24,415 bases of DNA, from IMG/VR virus record IMGVR_UViG_3300017978_000358, positions 1-24,415 of that record; one strand, 5' to 3'. The notes beneath the pieces were generated by a model. It made no database searches, had not been told where the DNA came from, and saw nothing but the letters and a program-made list of their open reading frames with translations. The stretch is from a virus. Lineage: Duplodnaviria > Caudoviricetes. Made by a program: the position numbers and the translations under genes. The stretch's first letter is position 1. Each line of letters opens with the position of its first letter. Shown here one piece after another: positions 1 through 9,252 of the stretch.

Positions 1-80
1 CGCTGCGCTGCCGTATCTTCGACGCCAAAGCCTACCCCGCCGTCCACAAGGGACTCAGCGGGGTGTGGTTCTTTCGGTAG
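1..80 (+). CDS. 3' end of a small convergent phage protein (partial): ...LRCRIFDAKAYPAVHKGLSGVWFFR*
   Basis: Not in the ORF track. Frame 3 is open from position 3 to TAG at 78-80. The G-x-x-G-V-W-F-F-R end resembles small podophage hypothetical proteins as I recall them. It overlaps the end of the giant gene by 26 bp. Confidence 0.55.
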   Translation, partial: LRCRIFDAKAYPAVHKGLSGVWFFR

Positions 81-3000
81 CCGCGTAGAACTGCAACGCC
101 ATCCGGTTTTGCATGTCTTTGAGCTGCTGAACCCTTGCTTCTTTTTCTTCCCCGGACAGTTTCGGGTTAGCAATGACCTTGCGCTCCATATCAAACAACT
201 CACCCATGCGCTGCCTGAACGCCCCCGCCATCGGTGCACCGACAATCAACGCTGCATTTTCTTTGGCGTACGCAACGGCGCGGTCTTGCTGGCCCCGGTT
301 CACCAAGTCCTTGTATGTCGCCTGTGCCGAGATAACGTCTTCCATGCGACCGTACGCACGTTCGATCAGGAACCTGCCCTCGGAAGGCTGGAACAAACCG
401 CCAATGAACGGCTGGCGTGATGCGCCAACAGGCATCTTCTCGCCTTCCGCTGGATCACGCAGCAGCGGGTTCAGCGTAGACATGAGCGCCACACCAAGAC
501 CGCCGGTATAGCCGCGAACAAAATGCTCAATCATCAGAGGAGAGATGCCGACTTCTCCGGTCACACTGCCCAGAGTCTTGGCCAGCTCGGTTGTGCCCGG
601 ACGGAACCGTGCGCCTGCTTCCAACAGCTTCTCACGCGCCGACTCAATCGGTCCAAAGGTTGTCTCGCCGTAGAAGGCTTCGATAATTGGCTTGGGAGCC
701 GCAGGGACTACGCCCGGTGCAGAGTTCAGCATCAGTTTGCCGATGGCTTTGGCCGCTTCTTTGCCCGTAGCGTTGCCCATGGCAACATCGACAATGGCTT
801 GCGGCAGGCCCATGAAGAGCAAACCCACTTCAAACGGGAACGGGATTTTGAGCGGGTCTTTGACGCCGGGGATGTTTACAAAGAAGTTGCTGTAGCGTTC
901 TTCGGGCGTGGCCTTCTGGTAGTCTTCGTCGTCCTGCATCATGAAGGCGTACGCCAACGAACTTGCAAACAGCATGGCGCCCCGCGCCGCAATCTTGCGC
1001 TGAATCTCCAACTGCTGACTGAACGGCATCTCGCCTTTGATCGAGCGATACAACACGTCCAAGCCCTGAATCTGGGCGTTGAAGAAAGGCACCAGTGTGC
1101 CCATAAGCTGCATGCTGGACGACAAGCCACGGCGACCGAAGTTGGCCGACTCCATGGTGCGGAACTGCGCTTGGGCTTCGGAGAATCCTTTTTTGATTGC
1201 GTCGTTGTAAATTGCCGCACGTGTGGCAGCATCGACCTGCAACGCCATGGTGTCCAGCTTGCCCAAGAATTTGTCCCAACCACCACGCCCTGCGGCTACG
1301 TCGTTCAGGAACTTCTGCATATCGGCTTCGCCGCCGGTGTAGATGTTAGAGCTGACCACAAGACCGCGCATGAGCGCCAGTTCCGCAGGGCTGCGACCTG
1401 CTTGCATTTTGGCCAACTCACGCAAGGCGTTGGCAACCGGCACACCGTCCACGCCCGAGACAATAAAGGCGTTGGCTGGTTCACGTACCAACTGACGCAC
1501 GATATAAGCAGGGCTGCGCGTGATGAACTTGCGCAGGATGTCGGCAGGAATACCCATCATTTTCACGATGGATGGGATGGTGGTCTTGATACCCTCCATA
1601 CCGCGCACAATCAATTCAGCCGGAATGCCGAAAGTATCCGCGTCGATTACTGCAAAGCGGTCTTCGCCGTCGATCTTGTAGTGGACGGTGCTTGGATTGG
1701 CCAGCCCCGCGCCTCTACCCATTTTGGAAACAAACCCCGCTTTATAGAGCGCGTTGGTAGTTTCCATCGTCGCCTTGTTGTGCATGGCCATGCGGGTAAG
1801 CATGAACGTGTTCTGCACGGCGCTGGTCAAGATGGGCTGAATCTTTTTCTCGTCGCCCAAGAACTGCTGGAGGTCCGGGTTGTCTTTGATGTTACCGATG
1901 GTAATCGGGCGCTCGCCCAGCACAAACAGCTTGACGTTGCCGTCTTCCACACGGTAGAAAGGCACGTACGGTTGCTTGTTGAGACGCCGCACTTCGTCCT
2001 TGCTCAAGTACCCAGTCTGTGCAGCAAAGTTCAACAGGCCTTCGTTGTACGTCTTGTACTCACGCATCGCTTCTTCCATGGCCGCTTTGACCTCGGGGTT
2101 GGCGTTCATCTTGTTGACGTACATGTCGTACTCGGCCTTGGCCCCGGCAGGGTCCTTGCCTTGCAGGCGCTCCCAACCGTTGGGCACAGCGTTGGCACGC
2201 TGTCCAGCGATCAGCACGGTCAGCATTGTTTCGGCTTCTTTTGGGTTCATGCCGCCAGCCTTGGCTCCCCGTTCGAGAGCGTTGCTGACTTTCACAAGGT
2301 TTGCTCCGGCCGTAGATTCGTAGCGGTATTCGGTGGCATTACCCACTTTGTCCGCAACGATGCGCACAGGGCCGTCCGTAATAAACTGACCAGCAGCTTG
2401 GGTTACTTTGTCGCCCATGCGCATAAAGTACTGGGCGTTAAACGCCTCAGTAGACGACAGCTTACCTGCGCCCTCTGCTGCCACAATACCTTTTTCGGCA
2501 GCGCCAAGACGGTCGAAGTACTGCACGCGCCCAGCCAAACCAAACAAGTTGCCCTTGAGCGTTGCCAACTTGCCGGGATCACCACCAACAATGGTAGATG
2601 CCGGCGGGGCTTCACGGCGGAAAATGGACGCAACCGCCTGTTTGCCTTGAGTAACATTGGTCGACGGCAAATAAAGTTCTTTAACCAGCGCACTGGCCTG
2701 ATCACTAATTTTTGCAATCGGTGCGTTGCTCCACAGACGCGTCAGCGCATGCCAGAATCGCTTGTACCAAGGTTGCTGGTCTACAGCAGCGCGGAACTCG
2801 ACGTTGGATTGCATCTCCGATACAAACTCTTCCACGTCGCTGATACCGTACTCGGTCTTCAAGTCACGACGCTTTTCAAGCTGTTTGAAAATAGCACTAA
2901 GTTCTCGCTTAGCGTTGCGTTGCTGCGGCGTCAGCTTTTCATCGGGCGTACGCAGTACTTGTATCGTAACGGCGTGAACAGCTTCGTGAATAATGTCTTC

Positions 3001-6000
3001 TTCGGAGATTGCATCGGGGCGCATGACAACCGTGTTTTTTGCCGGTATGAAAAGCGCTGGCACAGGCGTGCCATCCAACGTAATGTCAGTCGACGTAACA
3101 ACTTTGGTGCGCACCAACAAACGACGAATGTCTTCGGCAGTCTCCCGAATCAAAGCGTTGTCACTGTCCACCGCCAAACGCTCAACAGCTTCGGTAAACC
3201 GGCCGTCCAAAATGGCGTCTTTAACCGCTGGGTTTACTTCGGTTCGATTGTAGGTGGAGTACACCATAGCAACATCGAAGCTGCCCTCATCACGGATGCC
3301 ACGCCGCCCGCTCTGCTCGGCACGCTCCAGCTCAACGTCGGCTTCTTCTTTGCCGGGTTTGATAGTGCGTTCAATGGCTTCTTCCGCTTGTTCTTTGGCC
3401 GACTTGTTGGAAGACAAGCCTGCCGCCACGTTTGCTTTGGCGTCTGCAAGGGAGTCAACGGCACGAAACACTGCTTGTTGCGCGTCGTCCACGGCGTCTT
3501 TTGCCAACTCTTTGGCCGCAGGTGTCTTGGCTTCTTTGTAATCCGCTTCAGCTTTTTGCAGCACGGCTTGTGCTGCACGCAAACGCTCGTTAGCTGCAAC
3601 CACCGACGCAGCTCCGGGAACCCGGATGAGGTCGTTACCCTCTTTAATTTTCTCTTTGACCTGCGCATCAGTCATGCCGTCAGTAGCGGCATCAAAAGCT
3701 GCTTGGAGATCGGCCTTGCGCTCCCCGGTAGCGGCGTCCAGTTTTTGTTTCAGCACCGCCAAACTCACCGAGTTGGCATCGGCGCGGTTCATGTCCGAAG
3801 CGGTCAAGCGCACTGCGCCTGCCTGCATTGGGCGGTTTCCCTTGGCAATAGCCTCCCGAGATTCTTCCGTACCAGACAGCATCTGGCTCGGAGGCTGCGT
3901 GCCGACACGAGCAACAGGGCCAACGCGAGTGCGTCCCAGACGAGTACCGGGCGCAACCAGTGGTTCCACACGCTCAGCCGTGCGGTCCTCGGCACCTTCG
4001 CCCACCGGCGTAATAACGCGTTCGCCCAACTGGGTAACGCTTTCGTAATCACGTTCAAGCTGCTTAACAATCGGCGTAAGGCGCTGAACTTCTGCCACGT
4101 TATCTTGGGCCTGCGCTTTATCCAGTTCGGCTTGGCGAAGGTTCAGTGTGTCGCGCACAACCTTGCGCGTCTTAACCACCAACGAAGAGGTAGTGTCGCT
4201 CTCGTAGCGCGTACCGCGCAAACCAAGGCCTTCGCGGATGCGTGCCAACGCAGCGCGTTCAGTAGCGCTGTACCGGAAATCAGCCAATTGATCTTGAGGT
4301 TTCTTGGCCGCTTCTTCCCGTTCCGCAATTTTGGCACCAGCCAGCGCTTGGTTGGCTTTCTTCAAACGGGCGGCAGCTTCGGCGTTTTCCTTTGCTTTGT
4401 CCGCCAACTGCGGTGTCAGCTTTTGGATGTTGGCCACTTCAGTGTCAATCACGGCTTTGATGTCGTTGCCGTAAGCACGGGTAAGGCCCAACTGCTCCAG
4501 TCGCGCTTTCTTGTAGGCAAACTGGTACTGGGCAAGACCTTCGGCTGCCTTGTTGTAGGTGTCCAGCAAAGCGTTGTATGCGCCAAAACCGTAACGACGT
4601 GCCCAGTCAGACATCTTCATTTCGGTTATGTCGCTGACTTCACCCGGTGCGATAGGCAGCAACGAAGATTGGCGCTCAAGCGCCGTGTTAAGTTCGGCCA
4701 GCGTTGCAGTTTTGCTTGCCGAATCTGGGAGCTTTTCTGTTGCGGCAATTTGTTTTTGCGTGCCTTCCAGCATCTCGTCGAGTTTGCGTTTGACGGATGC
4801 AATTTCCAAATCGGCAAACCCAAGTTCCTGTGAAGCATTTAGCGCATTGGAGTTTTTCTCTTTGACCAGTGCGTTAAACGCCGTTGTCCACGCGTCTTGT
4901 TTTTTGCTTTGTTCTTTTTGCAGTTCACGGATCAACGCAGCAGTATCTTGCAGTTGCTGGTCTACAGTAAACGACACCTTCTTTTGTTCTTTCTCGTCAA
5001 AGATAGAACCGCGACGTGCAGTAAACCGGCCCTGTGTGGCCAATAGCTTTTCTCGTTCAGCGTTCAACCGTGCAAGCACGTCCCCAATCGTATTGCCTGC
5101 GGTTGTGGTTTTAAGGGCCGCATACGTTTGGTCCATGTTCTCGACCTGCTGCAATTGCGCAGGCTCCAAACCGCTGGCCAGTAGTTTTTCAATTTCCGTC
5201 TCAACGTCTTTGGCTACGCTATCAGGGTACACCTGTTTCAGCGCAGCATTCATGTTCTCAATGTTCTTGGTAGCGCGAGCAATCTGTTTTTCCAGCGTTT
5301 CCTTTTCCGCTGTCTTGCCTTCTGCTTGTGCTTGAACTTCTTGCTGGTATGCGCGAAGCATGCGTGACGATGCTGCTACTTTGGCAGCAGGCACAGGCTC
5401 AAGCGTTTTCTTGTCAATTTTGGTAATGCCCCAGCTTGACAGTTTCTTGGGCAGCGTCCGTACTTTTCCAGACGGGGTGCGGTAGCCTTCTCCTGCAATC
5501 AAGCGTTCGGCTTCCGCAGTGCCGGGCGTAGCCCCTGCACGTACAGCTTCTTGTTGCTCATAGGCGCGTTGGCGACGCTCAAGGTCGGCAATCTCAGCCC
5601 GAACTTTTTCCTGCTGCTGCAAGTTATCTTGAAGCGCGTTTTCAACCACCTTTGTTTTTTTACCTTTAACAAGGTTGTTGAGGTAGTTGATTTCTTTGCG
5701 CAACGCATCGTTGCGCTCAAGGTCACGCGCAGTAGCCTCAATTCGTTTTGGATAGCGTTGGCTCAAAACGATTGTTTTTTTCAGAGGCCATGTCTTTACG
5801 ATAGGGTCGTTTGACTGCACCAAGAACGCTTCGTGCTCTTCGTTTTTAAGTGCAGCCACATACCGCAAATACCGGGTAGGGTCCGAATCCCCAGACGCCC
5901 GTGCTTTGCGCAAGTCTTCTTCGACGTTTTTCAAAGAGACCAGTCGTTGCTTAGCGTCTTGCATTTTGGCAGGGTCAACCGCCTTCAAGCCAGCGCGTCG

Positions 6001-9000
6001 CTCAAATCCGGGCAGCGTACGGGTGCGGCTGTCTGCTTCTGCTACACGCTCGCGTTCACGTGCTTGCGCAAACTCGTCAAAACGCTCGCTTCTGCGGCCA
6101 GATGCTTCTTGCAGCCGTGCTTCAGTCTCCTCAATCTGCTCTTCAACTTGACGCAGGCGTGGTGTCTCTTTGCTGTATTGCTCAGCCAAGGCTTGGAGTT
6201 GAGGCGTAGCGCCAACTTGCCCACGGCGCTCCATACCTGCGCGAATGTCGTCGCGTTCTTTGTACAGAGCGTCCAGCTCACGCTGAATGCGGTTTGCTTT
6301 GCTGCGTGCTTCTTCCAGACCGCCAAACAAATCGGCAGTACCGGGGGCAGTTTCTTCCGCCTCAAACAAAGGCGTTTGACGTTCGGTCAGATCGGCGTAA
6401 GTCTTTTGGACGTTGTCCAGCTCATCAAGCGTGCTGCCGCGCAGGTCTTTAAGATCGTTGAGTCGCGCCAGTTTTTCTGGATCGGATGGGCGACCGGCCT
6501 TTTGAATCTGGGCGTTGTATTCTGCAAGGCGTGCACGCAGTTCACGGGCGCGGTCTACCAAATCTGCGGCTTGCTCAATCGGAGCAACGCTGGCTTTCTG
6601 GGCAGCGGGCTTAGCCGGTGCTGGGGCGGTAGTGTCTTTTACTTTAAAGCCTTCTTCGTCAAACTGCACGCGACGGCCTTCGCGTTCTCCCGTGGGGATG
6701 TTTGCCGCAAGTTCTTTCTGAGCTTCAACGTCAAACAACGAGGCTTGACCCAGCGCTTGTCTTTTTTGTTGCGTCTGTGCCGCTTTGGCTTCGTCGGCAG
6801 TTTTAGGTCGTGCGCCAGTGGCAAACGGCAACAAGCGGTCAATCAGTTCAGAAACACGAGCGTCGCTGGCTTGCGTAATTTGAGTAGCAGCATCGGGTTC
6901 ACGAACGGCTCTGTCTCGCCCGATTTTTAACTTGCGCTCAACTTGCGCAAGCGTTGCTTCGAGAGTTTCAGTTTCAGTGCGCACCAACTCTAGTGCTTTT
7001 GACGGGCCGTATTTGGAGAGGGTGTTGTACTCTGCCTCAAGGCCCTTGAGTTTGTCCTTGAGTTGGTCGCGCAGCTTTTCACGGTCAGCAACGCGAAATG
7101 CGTTTTCCTTGGCTTCTTTATCGAAAGACGCCCAGTCCTGTTCGTTTTCGCGCACCAGCATGTTGGCACGTGTAGCCAGATTCAGTTTGCCGCCGGGCTG
7201 CACGCGGTAGGGCTGCGCAAATTTCACACGCTCACTGGCCGGTTTGCTGGCTTGGCGCATGATTTCACGCGCTTCGTCCAGTCGGGCTTTACGCAACCCC
7301 ACTTCAAACGCTGTAAGGCCTTTCTCACCCATGCGGAACAAGGCGTCTGTCTCTTTGGCTACGGTTTCACTGCGGCGTTTGGCTTCTTCCCGAGCCGTTG
7401 CAATTTCGTTGGCCAGTTCGTTGTCAGACACGACGCCAGTCCTGAACGGCAGTTCTGTTTGCTTTTCTGCCTCAGCCAGTAGGGGAACCAACTGTCGAAT
7501 GGCGTCAACGTCACCGTTTGCTTTGGCCACATCCATCTTGTCACGCAGGTCGCTTACGGACGGCATCTGCGTGGTGGTTTTTATAAACGGCTGGAACTTC
7601 TGCAACTCTTCGAGCGCGGTTTCCACTCGATTCAAGTTGGCAAGGATGGCCTGTTCTTGCTCGGTGTTTGTTGCATCAACCAGTTGTTGCTGCGTTTTAT
7701 CAATCGTATTTTGCAGTCGAGCTTTAGCCGCTTTGTAAACGTCTGCGTCGGGCACGATTTTTTCTAACGTGCTTTCCAACGCATTAATTTGGTTTTGCAA
7801 TGGCTGTTGCTGCGCAGGCGTCAGGCCTGCTTGTTTCTTTTTCAGGTCGTCAATACGCGCTTTGAGCTGCGTAGCTTGCCCAATATCCGATGTGTCTTCC
7901 GCTGCGTACGTTGGCTCTTTGCCAAAGACTGCTTCGGCGGCTTTCTTTTCTGCTTCTATTTTGCGCAGAAGCGGAGTTGCCTCAACGCGTTCTTGGACCA
8001 GCGCCTCGTACTCAGGAGACGCCCGGAAGTCTTTGAGTTCTTGGACTGCCAGTTTCTTTTGTTCAGAAGCAAACTGTTTGGATGCAGGGTCAGTGCCTTC
8101 TGGTTTGATTTTGGTTTTTTCTTCCAGTTCTTTTTCTTGCTTAACCAAAGCGTCATAGCGCGTTTGCAGATCAGTTAAGTACTCAGGCTTGGTACGCTCT
8201 GCGGCCAGTTGCTGTTTTGCTTCTTCGGCGCGTTGCGCTTCGACTTTGGCCGCTTCCTCAGTCTCAAGACGTTGAGCTTCTCTTGCTTGGGATTTAGCAG
8301 AACCGCGTTCAAACGCACGACCAACAGGAGCCAGTGTGCCGCCCAGTACTGCGCCGCCGATGAAACTCTCAACGTACTCTTTGCGGGCTTCGGGGTCTGC
8401 GATTTGCAAACCTGCTTGCAGTCGCTCAAGCGACTGCTGCACAACTTCAGTAAGACCTTCCCGAGTCATGGCAGTACCGGTCTTTGCTGCATAATCAGCA
8501 ACGGTTCTGCCCAGTGTTTGGGAGGCAATTGCTTTTGCCTGTTCGGTTGTCAGTTTGGAACCAACGGACCCAAACAACTTACCCACACCGGGAAGCAGCG
8601 CCATGGCGGCGGTGTCAATCAAGGCTTGAGGAACGGCTGCGGCAGCAGCTTTACCGAGGCTGGCTTCTTGCAGCGACTTGCCTTCGTCTACCTGACGGGC
8701 AAGGTTGGTTGCCGTAAATTGGCCGGTAGACACGGCCCCTGCGCCCAACAGACCTGCGCCTATGGCAACCGGAGCCGATACTGGCAAACCCAGCGCAGCA
8801 ATACCTGCGGCAGCAGGAGCAACGGCGTAGGGAATGGACCCGCCAAGAAGTTCCCGAACTTTTAGGAACGGCGCTTCTGTGAAGCCTTTTTCGGTGGGAG
8901 TAAAGCGCTCACTGGCTCTTGCCTCTGCGGCTTCGTACTCTTTCTGCGCCTCGGCTTCGCTCTTGATACCCAGTTTGCCCTTGAGCAGTTCGGCCTGTCC

Positions 9001-9189
9001 ACCCAAACGGGTAAAACCAGCAGAAGCTGCTGCTTTCAGGCCGGAGGTGTCTTGCTTGGGTTTGGGCTCCTCTCTGCGACCAAACGCATCGGGGTACAGT
9101 TTGGCGGCTTCTGACAGTGCTGCTCTGGGGTCTTCGCCCTCCTTGAGAGGGAACCACGAACCGTCTGGGAGCTGGACTGACTTTGCCAT
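55..9189 (-). CDS. Giant (3044 aa) internal virion / large polyvalent protein with zincin-like HExxH metallopeptidase and C-terminal LPD38-like domain
   Basis: N-terminal LPDG motif, then a Gly/Ala-rich hydrophobic region (aa ~110-295) and a long A/E/K/Q/R coiled-coil region. HEAVH lies at nt 2974-2988 with a downstream EEFVSE. The C-terminus has NFGRRG, FFNAQIQGLD and DDEDY..ATPEERYSNFFVNIP..IPFPFEVG, as in LPD38-type proteins. It is the last gene of the structural operon. Confidence 0.85.
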   Translation of the reverse strand: MAKSVQLPDGSWFPLKEGEDPRAALSEAAKLYPDAFGRREEPKPKQDTSGLKAAASAGFTRLGGQAELLKGKLGIKSEAEAQKEYEAAEARASERFTPTEKGFTEAPFLKVRELLGGSIPYAVAPAAAGIAALGLPVSAPVAIGAGLLGAGAVSTGQFTATNLARQVDEGKSLQEASLGKAAAAAVPQALIDTAAMALLPGVGKLFGSVGSKLTTEQAKAIASQTLGRTVADYAAKTGTAMTREGLTEVVQQSLERLQAGLQIADPEARKEYVESFIGGAVLGGTLAPVGRAFERGSAKSQAREAQRLETEEAAKVEAQRAEEAKQQLAAERTKPEYLTDLQTRYDALVKQEKELEEKTKIKPEGTDPASKQFASEQKKLAVQELKDFRASPEYEALVQERVEATPLLRKIEAEKKAAEAVFGKEPTYAAEDTSDIGQATQLKARIDDLKKKQAGLTPAQQQPLQNQINALESTLEKIVPDADVYKAAKARLQNTIDKTQQQLVDATNTEQEQAILANLNRVETALEELQKFQPFIKTTTQMPSVSDLRDKMDVAKANGDVDAIRQLVPLLAEAEKQTELPFRTGVVSDNELANEIATAREEAKRRSETVAKETDALFRMGEKGLTAFEVGLRKARLDEAREIMRQASKPASERVKFAQPYRVQPGGKLNLATRANMLVRENEQDWASFDKEAKENAFRVADREKLRDQLKDKLKGLEAEYNTLSKYGPSKALELVRTETETLEATLAQVERKLKIGRDRAVREPDAATQITQASDARVSELIDRLLPFATGARPKTADEAKAAQTQQKRQALGQASLFDVEAQKELAANIPTGEREGRRVQFDEEGFKVKDTTAPAPAKPAAQKASVAPIEQAADLVDRARELRARLAEYNAQIQKAGRPSDPEKLARLNDLKDLRGSTLDELDNVQKTYADLTERQTPLFEAEETAPGTADLFGGLEEARSKANRIQRELDALYKERDDIRAGMERRGQVGATPQLQALAEQYSKETPRLRQVEEQIEETEARLQEASGRRSERFDEFAQARERERVAEADSRTRTLPGFERRAGLKAVDPAKMQDAKQRLVSLKNVEEDLRKARASGDSDPTRYLRYVAALKNEEHEAFLVQSNDPIVKTWPLKKTIVLSQRYPKRIEATARDLERNDALRKEINYLNNLVKGKKTKVVENALQDNLQQQEKVRAEIADLERRQRAYEQQEAVRAGATPGTAEAERLIAGEGYRTPSGKVRTLPKKLSSWGITKIDKKTLEPVPAAKVAASSRMLRAYQQEVQAQAEGKTAEKETLEKQIARATKNIENMNAALKQVYPDSVAKDVETEIEKLLASGLEPAQLQQVENMDQTYAALKTTTAGNTIGDVLARLNAEREKLLATQGRFTARRGSIFDEKEQKKVSFTVDQQLQDTAALIRELQKEQSKKQDAWTTAFNALVKEKNSNALNASQELGFADLEIASVKRKLDEMLEGTQKQIAATEKLPDSASKTATLAELNTALERQSSLLPIAPGEVSDITEMKMSDWARRYGFGAYNALLDTYNKAAEGLAQYQFAYKKARLEQLGLTRAYGNDIKAVIDTEVANIQKLTPQLADKAKENAEAAARLKKANQALAGAKIAEREEAAKKPQDQLADFRYSATERAALARIREGLGLRGTRYESDTTSSLVVKTRKVVRDTLNLRQAELDKAQAQDNVAEVQRLTPIVKQLERDYESVTQLGERVITPVGEGAEDRTAERVEPLVAPGTRLGRTRVGPVARVGTQPPSQMLSGTEESREAIAKGNRPMQAGAVRLTASDMNRADANSVSLAVLKQKLDAATGERKADLQAAFDAATDGMTDAQVKEKIKEGNDLIRVPGAASVVAANERLRAAQAVLQKAEADYKEAKTPAAKELAKDAVDDAQQAVFRAVDSLADAKANVAAGLSSNKSAKEQAEEAIERTIKPGKEEADVELERAEQSGRRGIRDEGSFDVAMVYSTYNRTEVNPAVKDAILDGRFTEAVERLAVDSDNALIRETAEDIRRLLVRTKVVTSTDITLDGTPVPALFIPAKNTVVMRPDAISEEDIIHEAVHAVTIQVLRTPDEKLTPQQRNAKRELSAIFKQLEKRRDLKTEYGISDVEEFVSEMQSNVEFRAAVDQQPWYKRFWHALTRLWSNAPIAKISDQASALVKELYLPSTNVTQGKQAVASIFRREAPPASTIVGGDPGKLATLKGNLFGLAGRVQYFDRLGAAEKGIVAAEGAGKLSSTEAFNAQYFMRMGDKVTQAAGQFITDGPVRIVADKVGNATEYRYESTAGANLVKVSNALERGAKAGGMNPKEAETMLTVLIAGQRANAVPNGWERLQGKDPAGAKAEYDMYVNKMNANPEVKAAMEEAMREYKTYNEGLLNFAAQTGYLSKDEVRRLNKQPYVPFYRVEDGNVKLFVLGERPITIGNIKDNPDLQQFLGDEKKIQPILTSAVQNTFMLTRMAMHNKATMETTNALYKAGFVSKMGRGAGLANPSTVHYKIDGEDRFAVIDADTFGIPAELIVRGMEGIKTTIPSIVKMMGIPADILRKFITRSPAYIVRQLVREPANAFIVSGVDGVPVANALRELAKMQAGRSPAELALMRGLVVSSNIYTGGEADMQKFLNDVAAGRGGWDKFLGKLDTMALQVDAATRAAIYNDAIKKGFSEAQAQFRTMESANFGRRGLSSSMQLMGTLVPFFNAQIQGLDVLYRSIKGEMPFSQQLEIQRKIAARGAMLFASSLAYAFMMQDDEDYQKATPEERYSNFFVNIPGVKDPLKIPFPFEVGLLFMGLPQAIVDVAMGNATGKEAAKAIGKLMLNSAPGVVPAAPKPIIEAFYGETTFGPIESAREKLLEAGARFRPGTTELAKTLGSVTGEVGISPLMIEHFVRGYTGGLGVALMSTLNPLLRDPAEGEKMPVGASRQPFIGGLFQPSEGRFLIERAYGRMEDVISAQATYKDLVNRGQQDRAVAYAKENAALIVGAPMAGAFRQRMGELFDMERKVIANPKLSGEEKEARVQQLKDMQNRMALQFYAATERTTPR

Positions 9190-9202
9190 GAGAGACTTTC
9201 AA

Positions 9203-9229
9203 ATTGTATCCGGGGAGCGCGACCCCGGA
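9203..9229 (-). promoter_or_regulatory. Intergenic GC-rich inverted repeat next to a -10-like TACAAT, upstream of the giant gene
   Basis: TCCGGGG-N7-CCCCGGA at 9209-9229 is a perfect 7-bp stem. On the minus strand it is followed immediately by TACAAT (9208-9203). There is no U-tract and no good -35. Confidence 0.45.
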
Positions 9230-9252
9230 AGTGTATGCGCTTGATTCAGATT

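Noticed and set aside
523-4833. 1436-aa plus-strand ORF antisense to the giant gene
   Set aside because: It is codon-aligned with the giant gene, so it stays open whenever TTA, CTA and TCA codons are avoided on the coding strand. The translation has the V/F/G/H-rich look of a shadow ORF and no recognisable motifs.
5655-5785. A7 runs in the giant gene as programmed frameshift sites
   Set aside because: They are not in the X-XXY-YYZ phase and are explained by Lys-Lys-Thr codons.
9209-9229. Hairpin as a Rho-independent terminator or N4-type virion RNA polymerase promoter
   Set aside because: There is no U-tract on either strand. The 7-nt loop does not match the short-loop N4 hairpin promoters, and I see no RNA polymerase motifs in the giant protein.
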